A DNA stretch of 64,000 bases from assembly GCA_951406725.2 (NCBI GenBank), contig OX597817.1:3100001-3164000 (forward strand), in the 5' to 3' direction. The stretch is from Octopus vulgaris. Its lineage: Eukaryota. The position numbers and the translations under genes are program-made. The notes below the pieces were generated by a model. That model was not told the origin of the DNA, did no database searches, and saw nothing but the letters and a program-made list of their open reading frames with translations. How positions within the stretch are numbered: position 1 is the stretch's first letter; each line of letters begins with the position of its first letter. Of this stretch, positions 1-12,147 are shown one piece after another.

Positions 1-149
1 TATATATACATATGTATACATATGTCTGCAATAGGATACGATTACCTGTAAATGTAGGTGTACATGCACCCCGCCAAAAAAGTAATAGATTTACATTTGT
101 CAGTGCTTGCATGCTCACAGAGGTACGTGTGTGTGTGTGTGTGTGTGTG

Positions 150-430
150 TTTCAGACTGTGGTCATACTGGAGCACCGCCTTAAAGAATTTTTAGTCGAA
201 TGAATCGATCATAGTAAGTATTCTATCGGTGTCGTTTGATGAAACGTTAAGTTATGGAGATGTAAACACACCAACTCCGGTTGTCAAGCTGTAGAGGAAC
301 ATATACACATATTGAGCTTCTTTCAGTTTCCGTCTTGCAAATCTACTCGTAAGGCTTTGGACAGCCCGAGGCTATAGAAGATACTTGCCCAAGGTGCCAC
401 GCAATGGAACTGAACCCGGAATAATGTGGT
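150..430 (-). mobile_element. SINE family A (tRNA-like head, CORE-like segment, internal microsatellite, LINE-derived tail), degraded
   Basis: Reverse-complement match to the copies at 1183-1535 and 12448-12879. Confidence 0.75.
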
Positions 431-765
431 AAAAAGCTTGCTTCCCAACCACATGGTTCCGGGTTCAGTTACACTGCATGGCTCTTGGGCAAGTGTCTTC
501 TACTATAGCCTCAGCAGACCAAAGCCTTGTGAGTGGATTTTGTAGACGGAAACTAAAAAGAAACCCGTCGTGTATGTGTGTGTGTGTGTTTATTTATGTG
601 TTTGTGTTTGTCCCCCCACCATCGCTTGACAACCGATGTTACGTCCCCGTTACTTAGCGGTTGGGCATGAGACCGATAGAATAAGTCCTGGCGTCGATTT
701 GTTCGATTAAAGGCGGTGCTCCAGCATGGCCGCAGTTAAATAACTGAAACAAGTAAAAGATCAAA
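431..765 (+). mobile_element. SINE family A
   Basis: ggttccgggttcagt B-box-like head, cttgggcaagtgtcttc CORE-like block, tail ggcggtgctccagcatggccgcag...ctgaaacaagtaaaaga. Confidence 0.8.
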
Positions 766-775
766 ATGTATGTGT

Positions 776-822
<47 letters not shown>

Positions 823-834
823 AATGTATGTGCG

Positions 835-1021
835 TACCGTTGGCGATTTTTTTTCCTCTGTCTTCCCTTCTCTGGATCTTTCCTTCTCCTATGTTTCCGA
901 CGAAGAGCTCCGCTCGAAACGTTAAACTCTCTTTCTTTCCTTCTTTCCTGAGCGTCCAATAATACTATATTTGTTCCACGTCCTCGCGTTGTTGTGTTTT
1001 TTTGTGCTTTCTTGTTTGGAT

Positions 1022-1026
<5 letters not shown>
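835..1026 (+). mobile_element. About 190-bp microsatellite-embedded repeat with a degenerate hammerhead motif (PLE pseudo-LTR-like)
   Basis: Related copies at 3900-4056 (-) and 54548-54725 (-); flanked by (GT)n and (TA)n. Confidence 0.6.
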
Positions 1027-1053
<27 letters not shown>

Positions 1054-1054
1054 G

Positions 1055-1534
1055 CGTATGTGCATGTATGTTTGTGTGTCTGTGTTTGTCCCCCTAGCAT
1101 TGCTTGACAACCGATGCTAGTGTGTTTATGTCCCCGTCACTTAGCGGTTCAGCAAAAGAGACCGATAGAATTAGTACTGGGCTTGCTTACCAACCACATG
1201 GTTCTGGGTTCAGTCCCACTGCGTGGCACCTTGGGCAAGTGTCTTCTACTATAGTCTCGGGCCGACCAAAGCCTTGTGAGTGGATTTGGTAGACGGAAAC
1301 TGAAAGAAGTCCGTCGTATATATTTATGTATGTGTGTGTATATATGTTTGTGCGTCTGTGTTTGTCCCCCCAACATCGCTTGATAACCGATGCTAGTGTG
1401 TTTACGTCCCCGTAACTTAGCGGTTCTGCAAAAGAATAAGTACTAGGCTTAGAAAGACTAAGTCCTGGGGTTGATTTGCTCGACTAAAGGCGGTGCTCCA
1501 GCATGGCCATAGTCAAATGATTGAAACAAGTAAG

Positions 1535-1535
<1 letters not shown>
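1055..1535 (+). mobile_element. SINE family A: a 3'-half fragment followed by a near-complete copy
   Basis: The gtttgtcccc...cttagcggttc block occurs twice; second head starts near 1183. Confidence 0.8.
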
Positions 1536-1597
<62 letters not shown>

Positions 1598-1924
1598 TCA
1601 CACACATACACACACACACACACGAGAGAGAGAGAAAGAAAGAAAGTTATTGTAAGTAAAGAACTGACTGTTAGGCCGATGTACTTCCTATGAGAAAATA
1701 TATTTGGTTTGCTATCAGGACTGATCTGTTTCGAAACATCATTATTGATAATAAATCAAGTCAGAAACTACAATCATTTTATTGTTCCTTAAGATCATTA
1801 AAAACACACACATGTACCTTTTTTGTTTTTTTCTCAAGATTATTTCCCAGTATTCTTATCCATAATTGTCCTATGAAAGTATATAAGTTTGTGTAACATA
1901 TAGGAGGTTTACCTTCTCGCGTGC

Positions 1925-2225
1925 TCAGCTCCATTTCACCTATCCTCAACATAGCAAAAACTGTTTCTCAAAGGCTAGCCTCCCTCTTCTTATAAAGAAT
2001 ATACTTTATCTCTCAACGACTACTGACTCTTTACGAAACTCATTTGAAATATACACGTGATGTACGGCTCTCACACCTGGGACAGTTAGGTAGATACACA
2101 TAGTCATGGCAGATTGCATCCACAAAGGCAAAAATCCACTCGATTGCCTACAATGAAGTCGCCCACGATCACTCCAGCCTCTGTCTCCACACTCTGCATT
2201 TTCCTTTCTCGACTACAATCGATTC
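1925..2225 (+). mobile_element. Degraded CR1/Jockey-type LINE ORF2 C-terminal fragment
   Basis: Broken translation IAKTVSQRLASLF..YFISQRLLTLYE..SHTW resembles the post-RT region of these LINEs. Confidence 0.4.
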
Positions 2226-2234
2226 TTTTATCTC

Positions 2235-2570
2235 TTATTTGTTTCAGATACCAGACTCCGGCCATGTTAGGGCACCTTTTTGAAGGGTAGTAGACACGCA
2301 AATCGACTGTAGTACTTATTCTTTAATTCTGATTCTCTCGGTCTCTTTTGATGAACAGCAAAGTTACGGGACATACCCAAACCAGTACCGGTTGTGAAGC
2401 AGTGGGGGAGGGAACACACAATTATGTATATATATTCAACTACGGGCTTCCACACAGATCCCGGCAACCAAATTCACTCGAGGTATTGGTCGGTTCGGGA
2501 CTCTAGCAGAAAACCCCTATCCAAGGTGCCGTGTAGAGGGAGCGAACCTCGAAATTACGTGGTTCCGAAG
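2235..2570 (-). mobile_element. SINE family A, old diverged copy
   Basis: Diverged match to tail, body and head of family A. Confidence 0.55.
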
Positions 2571-2854
2571 CGAGCGTCGTAGCAGCATGGTCAAGCTTGG
2601 GTCTCATATCACCTCGTGTCTCGCCTTTTCTCGTCACTTTCATTGCGGCTATAACACTTGGCCCTGCAACAAATACTGGGCCTCGTATTGTATCTAGATT
2701 AATGCATATCATACTTTTAGACTAGTTCCACATCAGGTTGGCATCAAATTAATTGTTAAGGCAATTTCTGGTAGTCGCATCTTACTTTCTTAAAATCATT
2801 TTCCCAGTGTATTTATATATATATATATGTGATTGAACGCACACACACACACAC

Positions 2855-2937
<83 letters not shown>

Positions 2938-2957
2938 TATATATACACACATATACA

Positions 2958-3358
2958 AAATTTAGAGGATTGACCACTAAAAGTGGACAGCCTGTATACT
3001 AGAAATAGACGTCAAAATCGTCATTTTCCACGGAGAATGTGTTCTCAATAAAAAATTCAGCAAAAAACCAAAGCGTAAAAATAAGCAAGACAAATGAAAA
3101 TATACGAAATAAAAAATGATTACCTATGTACTAATTAGTTTCACTTGTTAATAATTTACGTATATGAATGCATAAACATCTGCAAGATCGTCAGCATAGT
3201 CTGTCGTTTATGAAACACAATTTCTAGAACTAGATACAGGGTGTTCGACCGAAATCCAGCATTGCGTAGGGTTCCACAAATTATATTTATGTGTATCTTT
3301 CAAATGCCTTCACTTTGGCGCGCTGGATTTAATTGATTAATATCAATTTCTACCCTTA

Positions 3359-3366
<8 letters not shown>
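2958..3366 (-). mobile_element. About 400-bp element between (TA)n tracts carrying a type I hammerhead motif
   Basis: Bounded on both sides by TA microsatellites; contains the motif at 3124-3199. Confidence 0.55.
3124..3199 (-). ncRNA. Type I hammerhead ribozyme candidate
   Basis: Minus strand reads CTATG-CTGACGA-T-CTTG[35 nt]CAAG-T-GAAA-CTAATTAG-TA/CATAG: 5-bp stem I, intact core, palindromic stem III. Confidence 0.7.
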
Positions 3367-3401
<35 letters not shown>

Positions 3402-3559
3402 CTTTTTACAAAATAACACCATTACGCAATCAAATGTTCTTTAATATCTTCTGTATATTGATGACTCATTCATCACCTGGCCATAAGGTCACTGTCTATC
3501 TATTCCCCATCATCTTCAAGGTGAAAGATTATAGTCGTAAAAGATCATGTTTCTGTCTG

Positions 3560-3632
<73 letters not shown>

Positions 3633-3899
3633 GCTTGCTTGATTGTCTAGCTGTCGGTTTGTCTGCCTGCCTGTGTATTTATAGAAAACTAGATCCCGTT
3701 TAAAATGTGCTGTTGCCTTCACAAATACGAACTAATCAATAGTTTATACTGGAGAGATGAAAAGCAAAGCCACCCAATGATTCATAAAGTAGAGTTACAA
3801 AATTATATATTATGAGGCAATTAGTCAGGCAATCTTCTCTGACTGTCCTTGCTTTTAATGTCGTACACACACAAACACACAACATACATACACACACAA

Positions 3900-4056
3900 T
3901 CCATATATGAACAAGCAAGAAAAACAACAACGCGAGGACGTGGGACAAGTACTGTTATTGGACGCTCAAGGAAGGGAAAGAAAAGAAAGAGGATTTCTTC
4001 AGCAGAAATATAGAAAAAGTCCAAAGAAGGGAAAACGGAGAAAGAAAATCGCCAAG
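3900..4056 (-). mobile_element. Copy of the 835-1026 repeat with stem II and GAAA of the hammerhead deleted
   Basis: Shares ttggcgatttt, gagcgtccaataa and ccacgtcctcgcgttgttg blocks with 835-1026. Confidence 0.6.
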
Positions 4057-4317
4057 ACAAAGAACGATATAGTAAATGCCATACAAGAAATACTTCTGAT
4101 GATTGAAAATATTTGCGCTTTAGAGAAAGAAGGTGTTTAGCGGCAGCTGCAACCGACTCCAAAAAAGAGGTGATAATTTCAAGCAATCAACAGTTCCCCG
4201 AATTAACATTTCATAAAGAGTGGGCGGGGAGGTGGCTAGACAGACACTCTTTCCCTTCTCTTTTTCTTCCATTACGTTTGCAAACGCAGCCAGACTGCTG
4301 AGGTCAACGTGGTTGAT

Positions 4318-4332
4318 GGGTCAGCTTGACCT
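4318..4332. promoter_or_regulatory. Consensus estrogen-response-element-type palindrome (IR3) in an SLCO intron
   Basis: GGGTCA-gct-TGACCT, with an extra AGGTCA half-site at 4301-4306. Motif match only. Confidence 0.4.
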
Positions 4333-4909
4333 TCCATAACGTTTACCTTCCTCATGTGGAGCATGTTTAGTGCAAGTTCGCAGAAATGAAATAAAGTAAG
4401 GCTTAAACAGCAGAGGAGAGATAAATGTGACGTCCAGGTGTACGTGGAGGTGTTTTGCAGTTTCTGATTAAAAAGAACTTAATGTACAAAAGAGACAACA
4501 GGGGCGGGGGGGGGGGCAGTTGGTTTTTGGAGGTTGTAACGTGATGGTGCAGAACATCATTGGCAGTCAGTCGAATTAACTTTTTAATGCTGTCTAAGAT
4601 ATCTCTATGTATGGTAGTAACTCCACACTTTCATATGAGTGAAGAGTACTCTTATGTTCATCGTACTTAAGCTATGTGTAAGCGCTGCACAATTTTCTGT
4701 CAGTGTAGAGGAAGCTTAGCGTTTGTAATGGATTTTTTTTAATGTTTACATATTGCGCAACAATATGTTATAAACAAATTCACATAATTCACATGCATAC
4801 ATAGTTTATTGAAATCATCTCTGCATTCTCGATCATTATTTATCTACATGCTAGTCTTATAGTTTTATTAAATTTCGTTTAGTACGCATATACACACATC
4901 CTCTTTCTT

Positions 4910-4942
<33 letters not shown>

Positions 4943-6844
4943 GTACGTGTATGGAATCCGATAAGAATTCGAATCACATAAACACAAACTCACAGATACC
5001 ACAACACACAAACCGACTCGTTACCCGATTATAAAATTCTGTACATGTTCGAGTAATATCGATTTCCTACATAAGTGTAAAGCCAAAACTTATTCTGTGG
5101 ATGCCAAATGGGGAATTCTGATAGTCATATAAATGTTGCATCTCGACAGATCTTTTTATGAGAAATGATTGAAATCGCTGGAAATATGTTGTATGAGGAA
5201 CAAATCGATGGAAGTGAAAGAAAGACTTGCTTTTGCGGTTCTCAAAAACGTTCAAATTCCTATTATCCACAAATAGTTCGGAGTTGTTGTTATTTAATCT
5301 TTGTTCAGCTCTGATAGCGCAAACCTAGGATCAACCGAGACCTTACCGTCCTTTTTTATATACAGGACAATGTGTTGTTTCTGCATTGAGACCATAGTAT
5401 GGTCCATGGGAGATTTTGTTGGTATTTCTAGCAGGCTGAAATACTAATATACGAACAAAACGATCATTATTAAAGTAAAGTTTACAACCTTGGATGTCCC
5501 TTTTAATGGATCGTTTACTAATTCAAGTTCACCGATATTGGTTGGTGAAAAGAAGACAAGGATATCTGTAATCCAAAACCTAGTCCTATGTGTGTGTGGG
5601 CAGAACATTGCACAATAACTAGCACAGTGGTTTTAAAAGCATGAAATAAAAGGTTCAATTTACATAGAAATTTAGTTAACTTTTCTCTCTCGAATCGGTT
5701 TAAAAATGCATGCGATTGACGCTACTGTTTAGCCTCAGGTCAGTGCCAAGAGAAAGTGCTCCAGTTCCGATCACTCACTTTTTTTTTTTCTGTAACCATG
5801 ATAAATCTGGGATTAGATTATCCAATGTGTTAGATAATAAGACAGTAGAGTGTATTTCGCGGGCGATTGAGCTGTTATTTCTAGAAGACTGGACGACTAC
5901 TCTAAGACTTTCTCATTGGTTCCTATGTATACATTGTAGTGTGCGTGTGTTTGTGAGTGTAATGTTTATATGTTGTTAATAGTCTGCCATTCGACGTAAT
6001 GAATTCTTTGTTAGTCAGTCTAAAAGAGATGACTGACACAGGACTAGCAGATCAGACCAAATTAAGTTCTTTTTCTCCTCCTACCCAACCTCAATTACAA
6101 ACTCATATCAACACTTATTGTTTCGTTAACAATATATAATAATAAAGCACTCAACTTCATTAAGCAGGTTGGATTGGTCTGACTTACATTCAATTACTTC
6201 ACTTCTAAGCTTTGTGTGTGTCCGTTGCTCTGTATGGATCATCCAACAGAAACAATACTTGATGAAATTACATAAAACCGCATAAAATGGCTTCACATAT
6301 GCTATAATTAATCTTCCTGTTACTCTCATAATAGACTGATATAAAGAGAGAGAATATCGTAGATTAATTTTGTATGTTTATATCGGTGATTTGAGGATGT
6401 TTTTGGTTGTTGTTTCTTCTTTGATCAGATGTCAGCAATTGTATTCTGTAACGCACATTATTACAAAGTGTGGTAGATATAATGAGTGGAAGACCTGATA
6501 TAAATATTTGTGTGTGTGTGTAAATAAAAGTAAACAGGCAGATAAACACAAGTGGGTCTGATGATTATATTTACGTGGAATGCAAACAGAAGGAATTGGG
6601 AATTATCTTTTTATTTCCATACTCGTTCGACCAGGATCGCTTTTATGGCCGACTTTCAATATCAGAGCCACCTGCCTTTGATGGAGTTGGAATTGAAGTT
6701 CTCGTTTATATGATTACAATTCCGTGAATGTCTGTACCAAGTTTGCTTTGCCGTTTTCCAACACATACGCACACATATATATGCATGCATGCATACGTAC
6801 GTGCATGCATGCCTGCATGTATGTATATATATATATATATCCAT

Positions 6845-7850
6845 CCAGGGTTAACATAGTGCGCAGCTGATCTGAAGTTTCTGAGATATCCACAATTTTG
6901 TCTACGAATCGGAAGTATTGGTTTTTCGCAATTGCCATTGATTACCACCTTTCCAATGACTGTCTCCGATATCCATTTCGCGACATGTAGCGGAAATCTC
7001 TGGAGAGATGGTATCTGTTCTGATCGAAGCTTTTTGCTTCGACTTAAACTCTTACGGATAGTGACAGCAGAGCTATGTTACTCATACATCCTGATTTTAT
7101 CTCCCTGAGAAGTTTTATGTATTGTGCCTTGACTCCTAACATCTCCAGGGACTTCAGCACTGCTTCACTACGACGATATGGAAGCTATTTTCAGAATCTG
7201 TTAGGTAATACAAAATGGGGGCTTATGATATTTCGCTCGCTCTAAAAACTGTTAGTGTGAACATGTAGCCTGTTTCTGCTGTGCTCTAGTTCTGTTGAAA
7301 ACTCGCTTGCTTCTTCAACTGTTGGTCATCGAGATGTTTCGAATGTCTGGTGTCTATGACGTTTGTAAACAGCTTGTAGTGATGAGATAAGGAGCGTATG
7401 GTGCAATAGTTTTCTAGATTTCTTCTATTAACCATTTTTATAAAGCAATTTAGCAATGGATTTCTTCTATAGTATTTTTCCTGTCAAATATTTATCGTGC
7501 AGAGAAAGAGGACTTTCCACAGCTGTTCTCTTTCACTCTTTAACATTTTTAGAGGCTATATTTTATCACCTTGCGAACATTCTTCGTTTCTCTGACCAGA
7601 AAGAGTGCCACTTCTTCAAAAATTTGCGATTATGGCGGATCGAGCGTCACTGATGATTTAAAAAACATTGGATGTAAACGATTTTACAGATTTTCTCCAC
7701 CTTTGTTTTTGTCTATCAACGTGAACTCGTCATTGTTCTTGAGCGCCGTACTCTGATTTATATAATATTCCCTCTCTTCTGTAACCAGCAGCAGCTTTTT
7801 TTAATTTATAGTTCACAGTATTTTTCCAGCTGTTATTCCCTTATAGAGAC
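6845..7850 (-). mobile_element. Degraded RTE-clade LINE reverse-transcriptase fragment
   Basis: Frameshifted NYCTIRSLSHHYKLFTNVIDTR...QQLKKQASF and DTISPEI, resembling the RT motifs NYRPISLL..YKLF and QGD.ISP. Confidence 0.65.
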
Positions 7851-8464
7851 CAGAATACTTGCAGAGAATGGTTATGCATTCATTGTCTTGGTTTGAGTAT
7901 TTTGCAATGAGTTCATAAAATCGTTAATTTTCAGTCACCTAGTTGAAAAAGTATTTCAGTTTTCTAATTCAGCGGCCATTTTCGATCCCCTGCCATTTGC
8001 ACGATGGTTAATTGCAAGTTCGACGGAATGCTCCTACGTAGGGTTGTGTGATTAGCTCTGGCAATCGGTATCTAAGCAGAATTTGAACTCAGAGAGCCGA
8101 AACAAATATTGCATGGCATCTTGTCCAACAGCTCTTAAAAGTTCTACCAATCTACTACTCTGGAGTGGTACTTTACATATCAAACCTGAAGGTATGATAT
8201 ACAAATTAACATCGCTGGGATATGAAATCAGTGTGGATCACCGTTCAAATACTATAAAACAGTCAATTCGACATATTACTAATATTACTAGATGTATGAC
8301 CAATAAAATGTTTTTAAAATGTTAGTGATTAAAGTTGTAAAGTAGCAACCTGTGATCCACTATCAGTTTATTTCTGCTGTAGATGTTCCGGTCTGACTCT
8401 TAATTAAAGGAGCTGAACTGTAACGCGACGCATTCACTATGCTTTTGGAGATGTCTTTTTTTCT

Positions 8465-8602
8465 TTCGTTTTTGGATTTGGTTTGCAAGATTCTTTATAT
8501 GAGTTCGTGTGTTGAAGCATATTCTGTTGTCTGGGGAGAGTCATTTTCTTTTTGCGTCTTATAATTTAACACACTCATCGGTAAAATTTCCACTTATTTC
8601 TT
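8465..8602. repeat. Fragment of the repeat family also at 59917-60038
   Basis: Shared ggggagagtcatt...taacacactca.cggtaaaatttccacttatttctt block. Confidence 0.65.
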
Positions 8603-8826
8603 AAAACTGTATGGTTAGATTAGCCTTAGATCCAGAATAGAATAAGGATGAGATTTTTGTTTTGTTCGGTTAAAAAGCCTCGGAAACTGGACAGATGCTT
8701 GTAATTTGTGAAAGAGTTAAATTTTACCTTTAAATTTAAATTGATGACACTGTATCTCACTGATATATCTTCTCCGCATCATTTCATCACGTTGATAATC
8801 CTCTCTCTCTCTCTTTTATTTTTCAG

Positions 8827-8948
8827 CATTAGCATGAAGTCGGGTAACGCCAAATTTGTCGGTGCTTGGTGGATTGGATTTCTTCTCAGTGGTCTCTATG
8901 CCATTCTTATATCTTTGCCGATCTGTGGTTTCCCACGAGAATTACCAG
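8827..8948 (+). CDS. SLCO4A1: SLCO/OATP organic anion transporter, internal exon (first one visible in the window)
   Basis: Polypyrimidine tract with tttcAG acceptor and GTacgg donor. Encodes ISMKSGNAKFVGAWWIGFLLSGLYAILISLPICGFPRELP, with the OATP-typical VGAWWxGF and FPRELP motifs. Family is secure; the SLCO4A1 subfamily label is tentative. Confidence 0.93.
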
Positions 8949-9380
8949 GTACGGAAGATATTTTGGTTCAAATTTAAAATTCAAATATGAAATTTAAATA
9001 TTAATTTATATTTTATTAAAAAACAAAGCATTAAGTTTTAATCTATGTTTTCATACTTATATAGATAAAATTCGTTGCAAACCTGAACTGAGTAAAAATC
9101 TTAAATTTAGCTTAAAAAGAGAGAATAGCGTACTTGGTAACGTGACCACCTTGTTAGGTACATGTCTGTGGTCCTAGTGTCTTTAGCGGGTCTGATATGG
9201 GGGTTTTTTTTTTCTAAATAAATGTGTTTGGCTGTTAAAAGGGCAGCTCCGTGGCTGCTAATTACTTTCACTGTTTTCACACTGTTAATTGGGAAAGCGT
9301 AAACATCACTACACTACATTACATTCCACCTGAGTTTTGCGGCCTGCAACTGATTAAAGAATTACAGTGTGTGTATACAC

Positions 9381-9411
<31 letters not shown>

Positions 9412-9908
9412 CTGACGATTGTACTAAATATTGCTGCTGCATGTAGGGCCTCACTGACCAGAGTATGATGTACCAAACGTTTTATACACTCAATGGACTC
9501 CTTAATTTTAATATTCACTCTACAGTCAAGTGTATCGAGTCCTTTCTTGTTTGAATGTTCTCCCCAATCTCCGTATTAAGCTAATGCTATCACACACACT
9601 CTTATATAAACAATGATGCACGCGCAAGTGTCCTCCTTTCGTTGTCTCATTAACACTAAACAAGAACCACCAAAAAGCGTAACCACCCATTTGAGGTTTC
9701 GTGAGTTCTCTGCTGGGTTAAATGCACTATTGTGATGAAATCCTACCACGGGTACAGCTGGGAAAATAGGCTTACTCCTAAAGTAGGTAGGATTATTATC
9801 CATGGATGCAGCTCCATTTACTCTCATGAATGCGTTTATCTATGTGTGCACGAATGGCAGAGGGAGAGAGAGAGGAGAAATATGTGTTACACATCAGCTA
9901 ACGCGCGC

Positions 9909-9950
<42 letters not shown>

Positions 9951-10240
9951 TATAGTTATGGTACAGTTGTACGTAGAATGAGAAGCGTAGAGAGAGAGAG
10001 AGAGAGTGGCTTATATGTTTTCAGGCATTTTCTGGTTCATTAGCTCTGGGTTAATTCTGATCAAACTCACCTTATCACAGACATTCCAGCCGTAGCCATC
10101 CTGTCTTTCTTTTGAGAAAATTGGACTACTTTATTTAGTGTCTCTTTCTTTCTTTTTTTTTTTAAAGATAAGGAATGATTTGAGGGAGATTGGTTGCTCA
10201 GGTCTAGCGACCACGTGGAAGCCTCCTTGTTGACTTGGTT

Positions 10241-10651
10241 TTGTTTAATAGGTCAAATATGTTCCATTTTAAGTGACACCACAAACATCACCACCACCAC
10301 CGCCACCATCTCACCATTATCCCCAGCATCTTCACCATCACCATCATTACCACTATCAACACCATCGGCATGAGACAAGTATTTTTAATAGGTCAGTATG
10401 TCCCATTAAGCTTCCCCAGTACCACCACCACCATCATCCTCATCGCCCCTATCAGCATCATCACCACTATCATCATCATCATCACCGCTACTGCATCATC
10501 ATCGCCATCACCACCACCACCACCACCCTCCGCCCAGACCAGTATTGCTTAATAGGTCAGTATGTCCCATTAACTATCACCACCAGCCTGCCCCCACCAG
10601 CCAGCCCCCACCCAGGGCAGTATTGTTTAATAGATCAGTATGTTCCATTAA
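10241..10651 (+). repeat. Four copies of a roughly 33-bp unit separated by CAC/CAT-rich spacers
   Basis: AGTATTGTTTAATAGGTCAGTATGTCCCATTAA-like units at 10241, 10378, 10541 and 10619. Confidence 0.8.
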
Positions 10652-11098
10652 GGGTTGTCTTCCCCTCACCTGCCCCATACTGTCGTGTGGTGGTGCTGGG
10701 TTGAAGGTTTGCGGAGAGAGAGAGAGGAAATGCGATGTTTAAATTCCAAGTCTCTTATCAGAAGTCGTAGCAGTGTGTATTAAATGTATTCGCGCTGCCG
10801 CCATTGCTGGTATTGTTGTTGTTATTGTAGTTGTTATTGTGACATTGTTAGTTGTTGCCGTAATAGTGGTGGTGGTGGTGTAGATGCTGTTGATAGTTAT
10901 AATGGTGTTGGTTAAAACGACAATGGCGGTTAATTTTTTTTTAAAGGCAATGTTTATGAAGCTACAACTACTTGCAATGGTGATGTGGGTTGCAGATGCG
11001 CTCGTGGTATTTTGATAAATATTTATAGTGATGGTGTGGCGATGGTGGTGGTGGTGGTGGTTGAAGTAGTAGTAGTAGTGGTGGTGGTGGTGGTGGTG

Positions 11099-11470
11099 GT
11101 GGCGAACTGGCAGAACCGTTAGCACGCCGGGCGAAATTCCGCCGAGGTCGACTTTGCCTTTCATCCTTTCGGGGTCGATTAAATAAGTACCAGTTACACA
11201 CTGGGGTCGATATAATCGACTTAATCCGTTTGTCTGTCCTTGTTTGTCCTCTCTGTGTTTAGCCCCTTGTGGGTAGTAAAGAAAAAGAAATAGGTATTTC
11301 ATCTGCCGCTACGTTCTGAGTTCAAATTCCGCCGAGGTCGACTTTGCCTTTCATCCTTTCGGGGTCAATAAATTAAGTTACGCACTGGGGTCGATGTAAT
11401 CGACTTAATCCGTTTGTCTGTCCTTGTTTGTCCCCTCTGTGCGTAGCCCCTTGTGGGCAGTAAAGAAATA
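11099..11470 (+). mobile_element. SINE family B (tRNA-like head, Meta-domain-like body), head-to-tail dimer
   Basis: tggcagaaccgttagc A-box-like head; gcctttcatcctttcggggtcgat body; second unit restarts at gtatttc.tctgcc. Confidence 0.8.
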
Positions 11471-11755
11471 CAGTGGCGGTGGTGGTGGTGATGGTAGCAG
11501 TATTAGTAGAAGTAGTAGTAGAAGAAGGTAGTAGCGTGATTTAATGTTATGTCGTTGTTATTCAGCTCTTGGTCATTATTGATTGTTCAAGCAGACCAGT
11601 GATCAAAGGCGCTCCAGTCATGATCATCTTGTCGTTAGTCGACTGTATCTGTAGGACTACATTATTCAAGGCATCTTTCCTTTTCTTTTTCAAATACGAT
11701 ATGGTCTGAGGAAGCTTGCTGCTGCTAGTTCTTGCAGTTTACACAATCACATAAA

Positions 11756-12147
11756 TCTCTCTATATAAAGCTGAAGTTGTCTGTATATGGCAGCTTTGGT
11801 AACCTTCAACTAACACTATCTCCTCCGAGACCCTGCGGCGCAAGTTGACCAAAATTGAGATTATGATAGAAGAAGGCTTGCTCTTCCTTCCATAGAAAAA
11901 AAAATTCAAATTGGACCATGTTAAGACTAAAAATTATTTACATCAAAAAGGTGCTTTTTTTTAATGAAAATCCCTATTTTTTTTAACGATTTTTTGACTG
12001 CTGTGTCGCCATTTTTCGGTGTATTTCAACCAGAAAAATGTTCACTTAAAGAGAATAACAAGCTACATAATGCAAATTTTTTACTTTTCAAAAATTCCAA
12101 TTCTAAAGGGTCGAAACAAATCCGAGCAACGCCGGCGATACTGCTAG
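11756..12147 (+). mobile_element. Non-autonomous Helitron
   Basis: 5' TC, subterminal hairpin ccg-agcaacgc-cgg, 3' CTAG, inserted between A and T. Same family as 45667-46064. Confidence 0.8.

Noticed and set aside
2580-2725. Possible upstream SLCO exon (hydrophobic frame with LGPA)
   Set aside because: No OATP motif continuity and no suitable splice sites.
10241-10651. CRISPR array
   Set aside because: Animal intron, no cas genes, and spacers are unequal low-complexity triplet tracts.
10273-11302. His/Pro/Thr-rich ORFs
   Set aside because: Triplet repeats plus SINE sequence; no splice or domain support.
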